This document shows positions 34,033 through 44,416 of a DNA stretch of 64,000 nt, in pieces. The stretch's first letter is position 1, and every line of letters starts with the position of its first letter. Source of the DNA: an uncultured Actinomycetes bacterium. Lineage in GTDB: Bacteria; Actinomycetota; UBA4738; HRBIN12. A program made the translations under genes and the position numbers. The notes under the pieces are model-generated. The model was not told where the DNA came from. It did not search any database and saw only the letters and a list, made by a program, of their open reading frames with translations. The DNA lies in the NCBI GenBank assembly GCA_963746995.1, contig CAVVDF010000006.1, positions 100,993 to 164,992 on the forward strand, in the 5' to 3' direction.

Positions 34033-34497
34033 TCACGCCAGATCGCTGACCTCGATCGTCACGTCGTCGTCCGGGATCGAGCTGTCCCAGTCGATGTCGA
34101 GCGCGGCCGGGTAGCCGAGCGTCGGGTCGTACCCGATCTCCGACCGATCCGACGAACGCTCTGCCTCGGCGGCGTAGTCGAACAGGGCGTCGATCGTGAT
34201 CGGGTAGGCCGTGAGGCGCCGGTCGCCGGGTTTCAGTTCGGTGCCGTCGGCCGTGACGATCGACGCCAACTGACCGTCGCGGACCGTGACGGTGAGGGGC
34301 CCGAGCAGCTCGCAGAAACAGCTGCGCTCGATCGTGTACGTGTAGCTCGACGGGTGCGCTGCGTCCCAGATCGCCTGGTATGCAGCTGCGGTGCTCGCCG
34401 ACGGCGACGGGGCGTTCAGAGCTGGCGCGCACGCCGGCAGCACCGTTGCAACGAGAACCACCCACCAGGTCGTGCGCCGCCATCCTCGCCGCTTCAT
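34033..34497 (-). CDS. secreted/lipoprotein-like hypothetical protein
   Basis: Signal 'MKRRGWRRTTWWVVLVATVLPACAPA' with a lipobox-like LPAC, then a soluble domain. Confidence 0.55.
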   Translation of the reverse strand: MKRRGWRRTTWWVVLVATVLPACAPALNAPSPSASTAAAYQAIWDAAHPSSYTYTIERSCFCELLGPLTVTVRDGQLASIVTADGTELKPGDRRLTAYPITIDALFDYAAEAERSSDRSEIGYDPTLGYPAALDIDWDSSIPDDDVTIEVSDLA

Positions 34498-34637
34498 CCG
34501 TTCCACCGACGGTACAGCGAGACTCGACGGGCCCGGGCTGAACGAGACGCGTTTCCGATGTAGGCTCGGAGGGTTCGATCCTGTGGATCTCGAACCGAGA
34601 TGCGCGGCCGATGCATCTGGGACGGAAGGAGCACCGC

Positions 34638-34769
34638 GTGGCGAACAAGGACAAGGGTGGCGCCAAGAACAAGAAGGTTGCTACCAAGAGCCTCAAGGAG
34701 AAGCGCGAGGCCAAGAAGGCGAAGGCCAGCGACCGCCGCGGATCCAGCGGCTCGCTCGGCTCGAGCTGA
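34638..34769 (+). CDS. small highly basic protein (43 aa, Lys-rich)
   Basis: GGAAGGAG SD 6-8 nt before GTG 34638. 'VANKDKGGAKNKKVATKSLKEKREAKKAKASDRRGSSGSLGSS'. Below the 60-aa cutoff of the ORF track. Confidence 0.35.
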   Translation: MANKDKGGAKNKKVATKSLKEKREAKKAKASDRRGSSGSLGSS

Positions 34770-34964
34770 CCTCGTGACGGGCGCGGAAGCGAGCGAACCC
34801 CACAACCAGCGAACCTGCGCCCCCGGTCCGGCTCGCATGCCCGTCGTGCGGGTCCCCACATACGCAACCGTTCACCCACGCCGGGCCGGCTGCGCGCGTC
34901 AACATGCAGTGCATCGACTGCGGTCACTTGTTCAAGGATCGCGCGCTGCACGCCTAAGCGTTCG

Positions 34965-36190
34965 CTACCGACCGGTCACCCGTCCGCGCCGGGAGAGCGC
35001 GTCGATCGTCACCGCCACGAGCAAGACCAGCGCCGTGACCATGTATTTCGATGCAGCGCTGAAGCTCGCGAGCCCCATCCCGTTGTCGATCGCGGCGATC
35101 ACGATCCCGCCGAGCACACCGTGCAGGGGTTTGCCCCGACCACCGAAGAGGCTCGTACCGCCGATGACGGCCGCCGCGACCGCATACAGCACGAGCGTGC
35201 CGCCGTCGATCGCCGTCGAGATCGAGCGCAGCCTCGAAGCGTAGATGATCCCCCCGATGCCGGCGGTGATCGAGCAGAGCATGAAGCAGATCGTTCTGAT
35301 CCTCGCGAGGTTCACGCCGGCACGCCGCGCGGCCTCCGCATTGCCGCCGATCGCGTAGACGTATCGACCGAACCGGGTTCTCCCAAGCAGGAACGTCCAG
35401 AGCCCGAGGACCGCGAGGACCACCAGGACCACCCACGGGACGCCGGTGATCGGCTTGAGCTGTCCGCGGTCGATGTTGCAGATGAAGACGATGACGACGC
35501 CGCCCGCAAGCCCGGCACCGATCTTCGCGAGGGTCACACTCGGCGGCGGCGCCACGAGGCCCGCGGCCCGGCGTCGAGCGTCCCGCCGCCATGCGAGCAC
35601 CCCGAAGACCCCGACGATCGCGAGCATCACGATCCACCCGACGATGGGCCGAAGGTTCGCGCTGGCGATGTTGTTGATCATGGTCACGCTGATCAGGATC
35701 GAACCCCCGTTGCCCAGGATCTTCAGCATCACGCCCTCCCAGAACAGGAGACCGGCGAGCGTGACGATGAACGACGGCAAACCGATGCGCGTGATGATCG
35801 AGCCCTGCAGGAGTCCGATGGCCGCGCACATCACGAGGGCGAGCGCGATGGCTGCCCACCACGGCCATCCCATGGACGTGGCAACCAACTCGCCCATCAC
35901 GACCCCAGCGAGACCGCTCACATAGCCGACGGACAGGTCGATCTCCCCGAGCAGCAGCGCGAACACCTCGCCCATCGCGAGCACGCTGAAGACGGCCGCC
36001 TGCACGAGCAGGTTGACGAGGTTTCCTGCCGTGAGGAAGTGGCCGTTCAGGGTCTGGAACAGGGCGGAAACGAGCAGTAGTCCGCCGACGAGGGCCAGAT
36101 GCCGGTCTCGCCGCCGCGGATCCGCGACAGCGAGATCCGAACGTATTCCGGGAACGAGGTTGCGATGATCTCGGGCGCGACGGCGACGTC
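34965..36190 (-). pseudogene. sugar ABC transporter permease (CUT2, xylose/ribose/fructose type), frame disruption near 36100
   Basis: 'LVGGLLLVSALFQTLNGHFLTAGNLVNLL' and about 10 TM. The N-terminus is in another frame. Confidence 0.65.
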
Positions 36191-36255
36191 GACCGTCACG
36201 TCCGACGCTGCATCGTTCGGGGCGTTGGCCGGCTCGTCCAGCTCGCGCCATCGTC

Positions 36256-37065
36256 CTAGCCCTCTCCCGTCGGCGGCGCCATCCGCGAGGACGCGCCGGT
36301 CGTCATCAGGTCGACCGCGATCTGGCGGTCGAGTTCCGTGATGGGGTGCACGCCGACCATCCGGCCGAGGTAGAGCACGGCGATACGATCGGCGACCTCG
36401 AACACGTCGTTCATGTTGTGGGACACGATCAACACGGCGTGACCGCGGTCTGCCAGACGCCGAACGAGTTCGAGGACCATGGCCGTCTGACTCACACCGA
36501 GCGCCGCCGTCGGCTCGTCCATGATCACAAGCTTCGCGTCCCACAGGACCGCCTTCGCGATCGCGACCGACTGGCGCTGCCCGCCCGACAGCGACGCCAC
36601 CGGCTGCCGGATCGATCGCACCGTCGTCACGGCGAGACTCCGGAGCGTGTCGGCCGCCGCCCCTTCCATGTCCTCTTCGTCAAGCGTGACGCCGCGCGTC
36701 CGCTCCCGTCCGAGGAACATGTTCTGCACGATGTCGAGGTTGTCGCAAAGGGCAAGGTCCTGATACACGGTCTCGATCCCCAATGCAGCCGCATCGCGCG
36801 GCGTGTGGATCGTGACCGGTCGCCCGTCCCAGGAGATCTGTCCCCCGTCGGGGCTGTGGATGCCGGCGATGCATTTGATCAGGACCGACTTGCCCGCGCC
36901 GTTGTCGCCGGCGAGGGCCGTGACCTGACCGGCGGGAACATCGAGGTCGACCGCCGTCAAGGCATTGACTGGACCGAACCGCTTGTCGATCGCTCGCAGA
37001 CGAAGGAGCGGCTCGTCGGCGCTCGACGGGGGTTCGGACACAGGACCAGTGCCGATATCGGTCAT
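36256..37065 (-). CDS. ABC transporter ATP-binding protein (single-domain, FrcA-like)
   Basis: 'LAGDNGAGKSVL', 'LSGGQRQSVAIAKAV', 'LVIMDEPTAAL'. 269 aa. Confidence 0.85.
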   Translation of the reverse strand: MTDIGTGPVSEPPSSADEPLLRLRAIDKRFGPVNALTAVDLDVPAGQVTALAGDNGAGKSVLIKCIAGIHSPDGGQISWDGRPVTIHTPRDAAALGIETVYQDLALCDNLDIVQNMFLGRERTRGVTLDEEDMEGAAADTLRSLAVTTVRSIRQPVASLSGGQRQSVAIAKAVLWDAKLVIMDEPTAALGVSQTAMVLELVRRLADRGHAVLIVSHNMNDVFEVADRIAVLYLGRMVGVHPITELDRQIAVDLMTTGASSRMAPPTGEG

Positions 37066-37156
37066 CGCGGTGCCCGTGGCCGTGCTCCTTCCCCTCCGAG
37101 GAGTGGTGCCTGCCGGGCCGCATCCGCTCTCGCGGATGCAGCCCGGCGGTTACCGG

Positions 37157-38377
37157 CTAGCTTATGCCAGCGGCAGAGCACGCGCTCTTCAACGCGGCAT
37201 CCGTGCAGAGATCGGCCGCGGTGGGCCCGACGCCGGTCTCGTTGGAGTCGGCGACGACGTCCTTCACCTGATCCGTCATGACCCACACCGGGACGGTGTA
37301 GACCGACGGGATGTCTGCGCCGATCTCGTCGTCCTTCGTGGTCGAGTTGACCAACGAAGCGGGCGGGGTCAGGCCTGCCCGAAGGTACAGGGCGAGCGCC
37401 GCAGCCGCCTGCGTCTCGGCGTGGAACGGCTTATAGACGGTGCCGCACTGGTACCCCTTCAGGATGTTCTGCAACCCCGGCGGTGAAGCGTCCTGCCCGG
37501 TCGTCGGGAAGGTGTTCGCCGGGACATTGTCCTTCTGCAGCACCGAGATGACGGCGTTGGCGTTGTCGTCGTTCGGGGTGATCGCGGCGTTGATCTCGGG
37601 GTGCGCCGTGTACTGCTGCTCGAAGGTGGTCTGCGTTTCCGACGCCGTCCACGAGCCGGGTGGCTCGCCGACCTTCGTGTAGGTGCCATCATCGAAGTAC
37701 GGCTGGAGAACGCCGTTGTAGCCCTGTGCGAACAGTTTCGCGTTGTTGTCCGTCGCGGCGCCGTCGAGCACCAGCACCTGGGGGTCACTGACCTTCCATG
37801 CGTCGATGCAGTCCACGAGGCCCTGGCCCATCAACTCGCCGACCTGGACGTTGTTGAAGCTGACGTAGTAGCGATCCTGCGGACCACCCGTGACGAGGCG
37901 GTCGTAATCGATGACTGCCACACCCTGGGAAACGGCCTTCTGCTCGATCGCAGCGCCGCTGCCCGGGTCGATCGGGTCGATCAACAGGACCGACGCGCCC
38001 GCGTTGATGTCCGCCTCGGCCTGCGTCTGCATCGTCTGCACGCTGCCCTGGGCGTTGTCGATCTTGAACTGATCGGCCGAGAGCCCTGCGGCCTCGAAGG
38101 CCTTCTTGAGGAACGGCGCGTCGTACTGCACGTAGCGCGTCGAGGTCTCCGTGTCGGGCAACAACACGCCGATCATGCCGGACCCCTGGGCAGCAAGTCC
38201 TTTCAGCTGCTCCATCACCGCGAAGTCAGCCGTGAAGTCGCCCGCGGCGATCTGCGGGACCTCGCTGGCGGAGCCTGCGGGTGGTGCTGTGGAACTCGAT
38301 GAGTCATTGCTGCACGCCGCGAGCGCGACGAGCAACACGGCGGCCGACATGACCACCAATACGCGTGGAACGCGCAT
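37157..38377 (-). CDS. sugar ABC transporter substrate-binding lipoprotein (periplasmic-binding-protein type I)
   Basis: Signal plus lipobox 'LVALAAC'. Intact 406 aa. Confidence 0.85.
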   Translation of the reverse strand: MRVPRVLVVMSAAVLLVALAACSNDSSSSTAPPAGSASEVPQIAAGDFTADFAVMEQLKGLAAQGSGMIGVLLPDTETSTRYVQYDAPFLKKAFEAAGLSADQFKIDNAQGSVQTMQTQAEADINAGASVLLIDPIDPGSGAAIEQKAVSQGVAVIDYDRLVTGGPQDRYYVSFNNVQVGELMGQGLVDCIDAWKVSDPQVLVLDGAATDNNAKLFAQGYNGVLQPYFDDGTYTKVGEPPGSWTASETQTTFEQQYTAHPEINAAITPNDDNANAVISVLQKDNVPANTFPTTGQDASPPGLQNILKGYQCGTVYKPFHAETQAAAALALYLRAGLTPPASLVNSTTKDDEIGADIPSVYTVPVWVMTDQVKDVVADSNETGVGPTAADLCTDAALKSACSAAGIS

Positions 38378-38403
38378 CGTGTCCTCCCTTCCTTCCCGGT
38401 GCC

Positions 38404-38424
38404 GAAACGGCCACCGATCGTTTC
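38404..38424. promoter_or_regulatory. inverted repeat gaaacg-N9-cgtttc between the ROK stop and the SBP start
   Basis: Visible in the sequence. Could be a terminator of the ROK gene or an operator of the sugar ABC operon. Confidence 0.25.
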
Positions 38425-38439
38425 GTTGTCTCTACTTGT

Positions 38440-39714
38440 TCATACGGAGCGCGACCGTTGCTGCGGTTCGGATGTCACCGGAACCGCCGGTGCCCTGATC
38501 CGTGACATCGACGACGGGGGAGCCGATACCGACCCGGGCTCCGGCGGGTCGGCCTGGCGGAACACTAGCGCGGACGCGCCGAGCACCGTGGCGCGATGAC
38601 CCAACTCGCCGACGACGACGTCCGCGGTTGCGGCAGCCGCCGGAAGCGCGCTGCGGGCAAGCGAGCTCCGGATGGGCTCAAGCAGGAGGTCTCCCGCGGC
38701 GCTCAGCGACCCACCGATGATCACGCGTTGGGGGTTCAGCAGATTGCACAGGTTGCCGATCTGCACGCCGAGCAAGCGGCCCGCGTCAGCGATCACGCGC
38801 CGACACCCCACGTCGCCCGAAGCGGCGAGGTGCAGCACCTCGTTGATCGTCAGATCGCCGTGACTGCCGCGCAAACTGCTCAGCAAGGCGGGCGTGCCGA
38901 CGAAGCGCTCGAGGCATCCACGGTTCCCGCATCGGCACACCGGCCCGTCCTCGTCGATCGTCGAGTGGCCGATCTCGCCAGCGGTCCCGAGCGCGCCACG
39001 GTACGGCTGCCCGTGCACGATCAGTGCGGCTCCCACGCCCGTGTCGGCCCAGACATACGCGGCTTCGCTCGCGCCCCGGGCCGCGCCGAACATGAGCTCG
39101 GCGAGGGCGCCGAGGTTCGCATCGTTGTCGATCAGCACCGGATAGCCCAGACGCGACGTCATCTCGCTCGCGACATCGAGACCGACCCAGCTCGGCGAGA
39201 TACTCGACGGGTTCGCCTTCCCCGTTACCAGATCAACCGGCCCCGCGAGTCCGACGCCCACGCCGAGCACAGTCGCTGCATCGATCGACGCGTCGTCGAT
39301 CGATACGCGAACCATCTCTGCCGCGAGGGACATCACGGCGTGCGCGTCGTGGTCGATCTCGAGCGGTCGCTCGGCCTCCGCCAAAACGGAGTAGGTCCGG
39401 TCCGCGAGCATCACGCGGAGGCAATCGTGGTCGACGTCGATGCCCACCGCTGCACCGCTGGCGGGATCGAGGGTCAGGATCGCGCCAGGGCGCCCGACCT
39501 TGCCGGCACCGTCCGTCGCCTCGGTCTCGCGGATAAGGCCCTCGTCCAACAACTCCGAGACGATCGTCGAGACCGTTGCGCGGGAGATGCCCGTCGCGCG
39601 GGCGAGGTCGGCTCTCGTCGAACCGCCCTGCTCTTGCAGGGAACCAAGGACCCGCCGACGGTTCCGGTCTCGCGACACCAACACCAGCGTTGTTCGTCGG
39701 GATGAAACTGTCAA
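38440..39714 (-). CDS. ROK family transcriptional regulator (NagC/XylR-like)
   Basis: N-terminal wHTH 'RADLARATGISRATVSTIVSELLDEG'. Sugar-kinase-like domain with Zn motif 'CRCGNRGCLE'. The start at 39714 is TTG; GTG alternatives lie at 39678 and 39684. Confidence 0.8.
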   Translation of the reverse strand: MTVSSRRTTLVLVSRDRNRRRVLGSLQEQGGSTRADLARATGISRATVSTIVSELLDEGLIRETEATDGAGKVGRPGAILTLDPASGAAVGIDVDHDCLRVMLADRTYSVLAEAERPLEIDHDAHAVMSLAAEMVRVSIDDASIDAATVLGVGVGLAGPVDLVTGKANPSSISPSWVGLDVASEMTSRLGYPVLIDNDANLGALAELMFGAARGASEAAYVWADTGVGAALIVHGQPYRGALGTAGEIGHSTIDEDGPVCRCGNRGCLERFVGTPALLSSLRGSHGDLTINEVLHLAASGDVGCRRVIADAGRLLGVQIGNLCNLLNPQRVIIGGSLSAAGDLLLEPIRSSLARSALPAAAATADVVVGELGHRATVLGASALVFRQADPPEPGSVSAPPSSMSRIRAPAVPVTSEPQQRSRSV

Positions 39715-39734
39715 ATGCGCGCCTTAAGTGCATT
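39714..39734. promoter_or_regulatory. imperfect palindrome AATGC-N11-GCATT in the divergent ROK / gcvT-family intergenic region
   Basis: Visible in the sequence, in the only relatively AT-rich stretch (39700-39850). Confidence 0.25.
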
Positions 39735-39850
39735 AGGAATCCCCACTATTACGTCAGAACTGAACCAAGATCCCTGGGACAACACCGCCGGGCGATCGTT
39801 CGACTCGGCTCGATTGGCGTCCCCGATCGACCGCCCGCTAGCATCCGGGA

Positions 39851-40996
39851 ATGAGCGACGTCACCAGCACTACCCTCAACTTCGGCCCTTGGTACCGCCG
39901 TTCGCCCTTCTTCGAGGCGACCCTCCGCGCCGGATGCTCCGCGTACGACGTGTATCAGCACATGCTGCACCCCAACACCTACGGCGATGTGTCCGAGGAG
40001 TACTGGGCGCTCGTCAACGACGTGACCCTCTGGGATGTCAGCGTCGAGCGCATCGTCGAGATCACGGGGCCCGACGCGACCGCGTTCACGAACCTGCTCA
40101 CCTGCCGCGACCTCACGAAGTGCGCCGTGAAGCAGGGCAAGTACATGTTGGTCACCGCGGACGACGGCGGCATCGTCAACGACCCGGTGCTGCTTCGGGT
40201 CGAGGAGAACCGGTGGTGGCTCGCGCTGGCGGACTCCGACGCCGGTCTGTACGCGATGGGCGTCGCGGTCAACTCGGGCCTCGACGTCCACGTCGGCCAC
40301 CCCGAGGTCTACCCCGTGCAGGTGCAAGGGCCGAAAGCCAAAGACGTGATGCGCGACCTGTTCGGCGACTGGGTTCTCGACATGAAGTACTACTGGTGCG
40401 ACGAGGCAGACCTCGACGGCATCCCGGTCGTGATCAGCCGCACCGGGTGGACGGCCGTCGTCGGCTTCGAGATCTACCTGCGCGATCCAAGCCGCGGCGA
40501 CGATCTCTGGGAGCGGATCTTGGACGCCGGCAAGCCGTACAACATCCGCGTCACGCCTTCATCGGACATCCGACGCATCGAGGCAGGCATCTTCGACTGG
40601 GGCTCCGACTTCGGGCTCGAGACGAATCCGTTCGAGGTGACCGGCCTCGAGCGCCTCGTCGAGCCGCAGGACGCCGACTACATCGGCAAAGAGGCGCTCG
40701 AGCGGATCCGGCGCGAGGGCGTGTCACGCAAGCTCGTGGGGATCGAGCTCGACGGCGGACCCGTGGACCAGCCAACGCAGCACTGGCCGGCATCTCACGA
40801 CGGCGATCCGGTCGGATACGTCACCGACGCCTGCTGGTCCCCGCGTCTGGAGAAGAACATCGGCTACGTCTGGGTGCCGATCGGTCTGGCCGAGCCGGGG
40901 ACGCGCCTCGACGTCGAGGCGGACGACGGGGATCGGACGGGTACGACGGCCGCGATCCCGTTCGTCGACCCCCAGAAGAAGGTCCCGGCCGCGTAG
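39851..40996 (+). CDS. aminomethyltransferase (GcvT/DmdA-like) family protein, stand-alone
   Basis: Intact 381 aa. 'LWDVSVERIVEITGPDA' folate-binding GcvT fold. Confidence 0.8.
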   Translation: MSDVTSTTLNFGPWYRRSPFFEATLRAGCSAYDVYQHMLHPNTYGDVSEEYWALVNDVTLWDVSVERIVEITGPDATAFTNLLTCRDLTKCAVKQGKYMLVTADDGGIVNDPVLLRVEENRWWLALADSDAGLYAMGVAVNSGLDVHVGHPEVYPVQVQGPKAKDVMRDLFGDWVLDMKYYWCDEADLDGIPVVISRTGWTAVVGFEIYLRDPSRGDDLWERILDAGKPYNIRVTPSSDIRRIEAGIFDWGSDFGLETNPFEVTGLERLVEPQDADYIGKEALERIRREGVSRKLVGIELDGGPVDQPTQHWPASHDGDPVGYVTDACWSPRLEKNIGYVWVPIGLAEPGTRLDVEADDGDRTGTTAAIPFVDPQKKVPAA

Positions 40997-41006
40997 GCGG
41001 CCGCGA

Positions 41007-42425
41007 TCAGACGCCGAACGGCATCGTCGTCGTCGGCCAGGGCCGTACGCGCTCAAGCGCAGCCCCGATCCTGAACGCCGTGACGTCGTCATAGGTTCGC
41101 GCGACGATCTGGATGCCGGTTGGCACGCCGTTGGACGCGATCCCGCTCGGGACGGCGAGCACCGGACACGGCGATAACACGTTGAACGGCGTCGTCATGA
41201 AGCAGGTGAACTGCCGGTCGTTGTCGCCGCCGTCCGGGAAGAGCGTTCCCAGGATGCTGTCCCCGGCGGGGATGCCCGTCACTGCCCACGTCGGGCAGAG
41301 CAACGCGTCGAACGACTCGAACAGCTCGCCGATCGGCACCCAGAACTCCTGCTCCAGCTCGAGCCCTCGCAGGAACGAGCGCGGTTCATCGCGGAGCCGA
41401 GCGGCCTCCTCCGCCCAGGCGACGACGTAGTCGTTCACGAGGTCCGGGAACGCCTCAGCGGCGGAGCCGATCTCGGCACCGAAGATCGCAGCGAAGTGGC
41501 GCCGCGCGGCGGCCATGAACCCCTCGATCGTCCACGGGATCTCGACCTCCTCGACGACGGCGCCCGCTTCTTCGAGCGCCGCGGCGGCCGCGCGAGTGTT
41601 CGCCACGATCTCCGGGTCGACGTCCCAGCCGCCCAGGTCCGTCGATACCGCAATCCGCATCCCATCGATCCCATCGAGCGACGCCGGGATCTCGAGCTTC
41701 GGACGAAGGCTGGCGACGTCGAGCTTGTGCGGTCCCGCGATCACGTTCTCGAACAGCGCGCAGTCCGCAACCGTGCGGGCCAGCGGTCCGTCGTGGCAAT
41801 AGCGGTCGAGGTTGAACGGCGCGCCCGTCGGCACACGGCCGTGCGGTGGCTTGAAGCCGACGACCCCGTTGATCGACGCCGGGATCCGGATCGACCCGCC
41901 GATGTCGGAACCGCTCGCGAGGAGCGACGTGCCCGACGCGAGCGACGCGCCCGCCCCGCCGCTCGAACCGCCGACGGCGACCTCCGGGTTCCACGGGTTG
42001 CGCGTCACGCCCCAGAGCTTCGAATGCGTGTAGCCCGCGCACGAGAACTCCGGCGTCGTCGTGCGCGCGTGCACCACCGCGCCGGCACCGATGATCCGTT
42101 CGCCGATCGGCGCTGTCTCGGTCGCGACCTCGTCGACCGCGAGCGAGCCGTAGCGCATGCGGTACCCCTCGACGGGCACCTCCTCTTTGAGCGAGACCGG
42201 AAGCCCCTCGAGCGTGCGGATGCCCTCGCCGCTCGCGTACCGTTCGGCCGAGGCCTTCGCGGCGACCTCCGCCTCGTCGTACCGGCGTTCGGCGAAGGCG
42301 TTCACCGTCGGTTCGACCGCCTCGGCACGGGCGATCACCGACGCCAACAGCTCGCTCGGCGAGAGCTCCTTCGCGCGCATCCGTATCAGCGCGTCGGTCG
42401 CGGTCAGTTCCCAGGGCTCGCTCAT
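41007..42425 (-). CDS. amidase (amidase-signature family)
   Basis: 'GGSSGGAGASLASGTSLLASGSDIGGSIRIPAS' AS signature with the Ser-cisSer-Lys triad. Confidence 0.85.
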   Translation of the reverse strand: MSEPWELTATDALIRMRAKELSPSELLASVIARAEAVEPTVNAFAERRYDEAEVAAKASAERYASGEGIRTLEGLPVSLKEEVPVEGYRMRYGSLAVDEVATETAPIGERIIGAGAVVHARTTTPEFSCAGYTHSKLWGVTRNPWNPEVAVGGSSGGAGASLASGTSLLASGSDIGGSIRIPASINGVVGFKPPHGRVPTGAPFNLDRYCHDGPLARTVADCALFENVIAGPHKLDVASLRPKLEIPASLDGIDGMRIAVSTDLGGWDVDPEIVANTRAAAAALEEAGAVVEEVEIPWTIEGFMAAARRHFAAIFGAEIGSAAEAFPDLVNDYVVAWAEEAARLRDEPRSFLRGLELEQEFWVPIGELFESFDALLCPTWAVTGIPAGDSILGTLFPDGGDNDRQFTCFMTTPFNVLSPCPVLAVPSGIASNGVPTGIQIVARTYDDVTAFRIGAALERVRPWPTTTMPFGV

Positions 42426-42449
42426 GCCGCGCAGCCTACCCAACGCCTG

Positions 42450-43489
42450 CTACGCGATGAACTCGAGGCGGTCGCGGTGCGCGGCCACCTGCTCCAGGAT
42501 GTCCGCGTCTGGTGTGTGATCGCGCTCGGGCTCCTCGACGTCGACCCGCTCACCGAACAACTCCCCCGATAGGTACCGCTGTCCGGTGTCCGGCGCGACC
42601 GTGACGATGCGCCGCAGCTCCGGGTGCTTGGTTGCGACCTTCAGCGCGGCGACGACGTTCATGCCGCTGGAGGGCCCGCACAACAGGCCTTCCTCACGCG
42701 CCATCCGGCGCGCCATCTCGAGCGACTCGGCGGTGCTGACCGTCACGATGCCATCGATCGCGGCCAGATCGAGGTTCCGGGGGATGATGCCGTCGCCGAT
42801 GCCCGGCACGCCGTGTGTGCCCCAGCGCTGGTCGCTGATCAGCGGGCACTCGGCGGGTTCGACCGCGTACGCCACGCACCGCTCGGTTCGTTCCGCTTGA
42901 GCACGTGCGTGACGCCGGTGATCCACCCGCCGGTGCCCTGCGCGGCGACGACCGCGTCAACGCTGCCGCCCAGCTGCTCCCAGATCTCCCGCCCGGAGGC
43001 TTCCTGCGCCTCGGGGTTATCCGGGTTGTCGAACTCTCCGGGGAAGAAGTAGCGGTCGGGGTCGGTCGCGACGATCTCGCGCATCCGCGCGAGCGCGAGG
43101 TCGATGTCGGTCCCGGCGCCCGGCGTGAGCTCCAACGTCGCGCCGTAGGCCTCGATCATGCGCTTGCGCTCCGGGCTCATGCCCTCGGGCATGACGATCG
43201 TGCAGTCGTACCCCTTGATCGCGGCGACCGCCGAGCATGCGATCCCTGCGTTGCCCGTGGTGCATTCGATGATGGTCATCCCCGGGCGCAACCTGCCCTC
43301 GGCCTCGGCCTTGCCGAGCATGTGCGCATAGATCCGATCCTTCACCGACCCTGTCGGGCCGTACCACTCGACCTTAGCGAACAACTCCAGGTCGGACGCG
43401 ACGCGCGCCAGCCGGACGAGCGGCGTTGCTCCGACCGCGTCCAGCAACGAGGCCACCGGACGCCTGCGCGCGTCCCACTCGACCGTCAC
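42450..43489 (-). pseudogene. cysteine synthase (PLP-dependent, CysK/CysM family), one frame disruption near 42900
   Basis: SD GGGAGGTGG 4 nt before GTG 43489. 'GPTGSVKDRI' PLP lysine motif and 'ECTTGNAGIA'. C-terminus in ORF 42450..42926. Confidence 0.75.
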
Positions 43490-43502
43490 GACGCCACCTC
43501 CC

Positions 43503-44288
43503 TCATCCCGTCGCACTCCCGCGCTCCAGGTACCCCAACTGTCTCGACACCGCCTGCGCGGCCTCGGCGGTCAGCACACCGAGCCTCGGGATATCCACCG
43601 CGTGCATCCGGAACGCCGGACCCGAGACGCCGAGCGAGGCGATCACGCGGCCATCGGCTTGGCGCACTGGTGCGGCCACCGCGTTGAGGCCCACTTCGAG
43701 CTCCTCGAGCGCCTGGGCAAAGCCTCGCGTGCGGATCGCGCGCAACTCCGTGCGAAGCGTGTCGGGGTCGGTGACCGTGTGCGGGGTGTAGGTCGCCAGC
43801 GGTCCCGCGAGCACCCGCTCACGATCCTGCTCGTCAGCCCACGCGAGCAAGACCTTGCCGTTGGACGTGCAGTGCAGCTGCGTGCGTCGCCCGACCCAGC
43901 TCACCGTCACGATCGAGCGCGATCCCGCGATCTGGTCGACGTAGACGACGTCGTCGCCGCTGCGCACCCCGAGGTTGCTCGCCTCACGGGATCGCTCGGC
44001 CAGCGTTTCGAGGATCGGGCGAGCAAGCCGCACCAGATCGAGCCCGCTCATCGCCGCGCCCGCGAGACGCACGAGACCGAACCCGATCCGATAGCGGTCG
44101 GTGGTCGGATCACGCTCTAACAGGCCACGCTCCGCCAGCACTGCGGCGAGTCGCGAGGCCGTGGCTTTGTGGACGCCGAGCTGGCGTCCGAGCTCGCTCA
44201 CACCGAGCTCGCCTGCGTCGGCCACGAGTTCCAGCGCGGTCATCGCGCGATTCACGGACTGCAGCGAACCGCTCTTTTCGTCGCGCAC
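43503..44288 (-). CDS. IclR family transcriptional regulator
   Basis: Intact 261 aa with an HTH '[22 protein letters not shown]' and an IclR effector domain. Confidence 0.85.
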   Translation of the reverse strand: MRDEKSGSLQSVNRAMTALELVADAGELGVSELGRQLGVHKATASRLAAVLAERGLLERDPTTDRYRIGFGLVRLAGAAMSGLDLVRLARPILETLAERSREASNLGVRSGDDVVYVDQIAGSRSIVTVSWVGRRTQLHCTSNGKVLLAWADEQDRERVLAGPLATYTPHTVTDPDTLRTELRAIRTRGFAQALEELEVGLNAVAAPVRQADGRVIASLGVSGPAFRMHAVDIPRLGVLTAEAAQAVSRQLGYLERGSATG

Positions 44289-44416
44289 CCAGCAACCCTC
44301 CCGGTCGAGGGCGGAATCGTAGCCCCGACTGCGTTGCGGAGTCGAATCGAGTGTTGCGCTGCACGCATCACGGCGTTGCCGCCGCGCGAGGGGTCGGGCA
44401 GACTTCCGCCCACGCG

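Noticed and set aside
34566-34600. tRNA-like 'GGTTCGATCC' box suggesting a tRNA gene or integrase att site
   Set aside because: No cloverleaf (no acceptor/D/anticodon arms) can be drawn, and no integrase or other mobile-element genes are nearby. It is only a short inverted repeat in an intergenic region.
32804-34951. 715-aa ORF extending the acyl-CoA dehydrogenase far upstream
   Set aside because: ACAD homology begins at the ATG at 33982. The upstream extension is low-complexity and overlaps the independently supported signal-peptide protein gene at 34033..34497.
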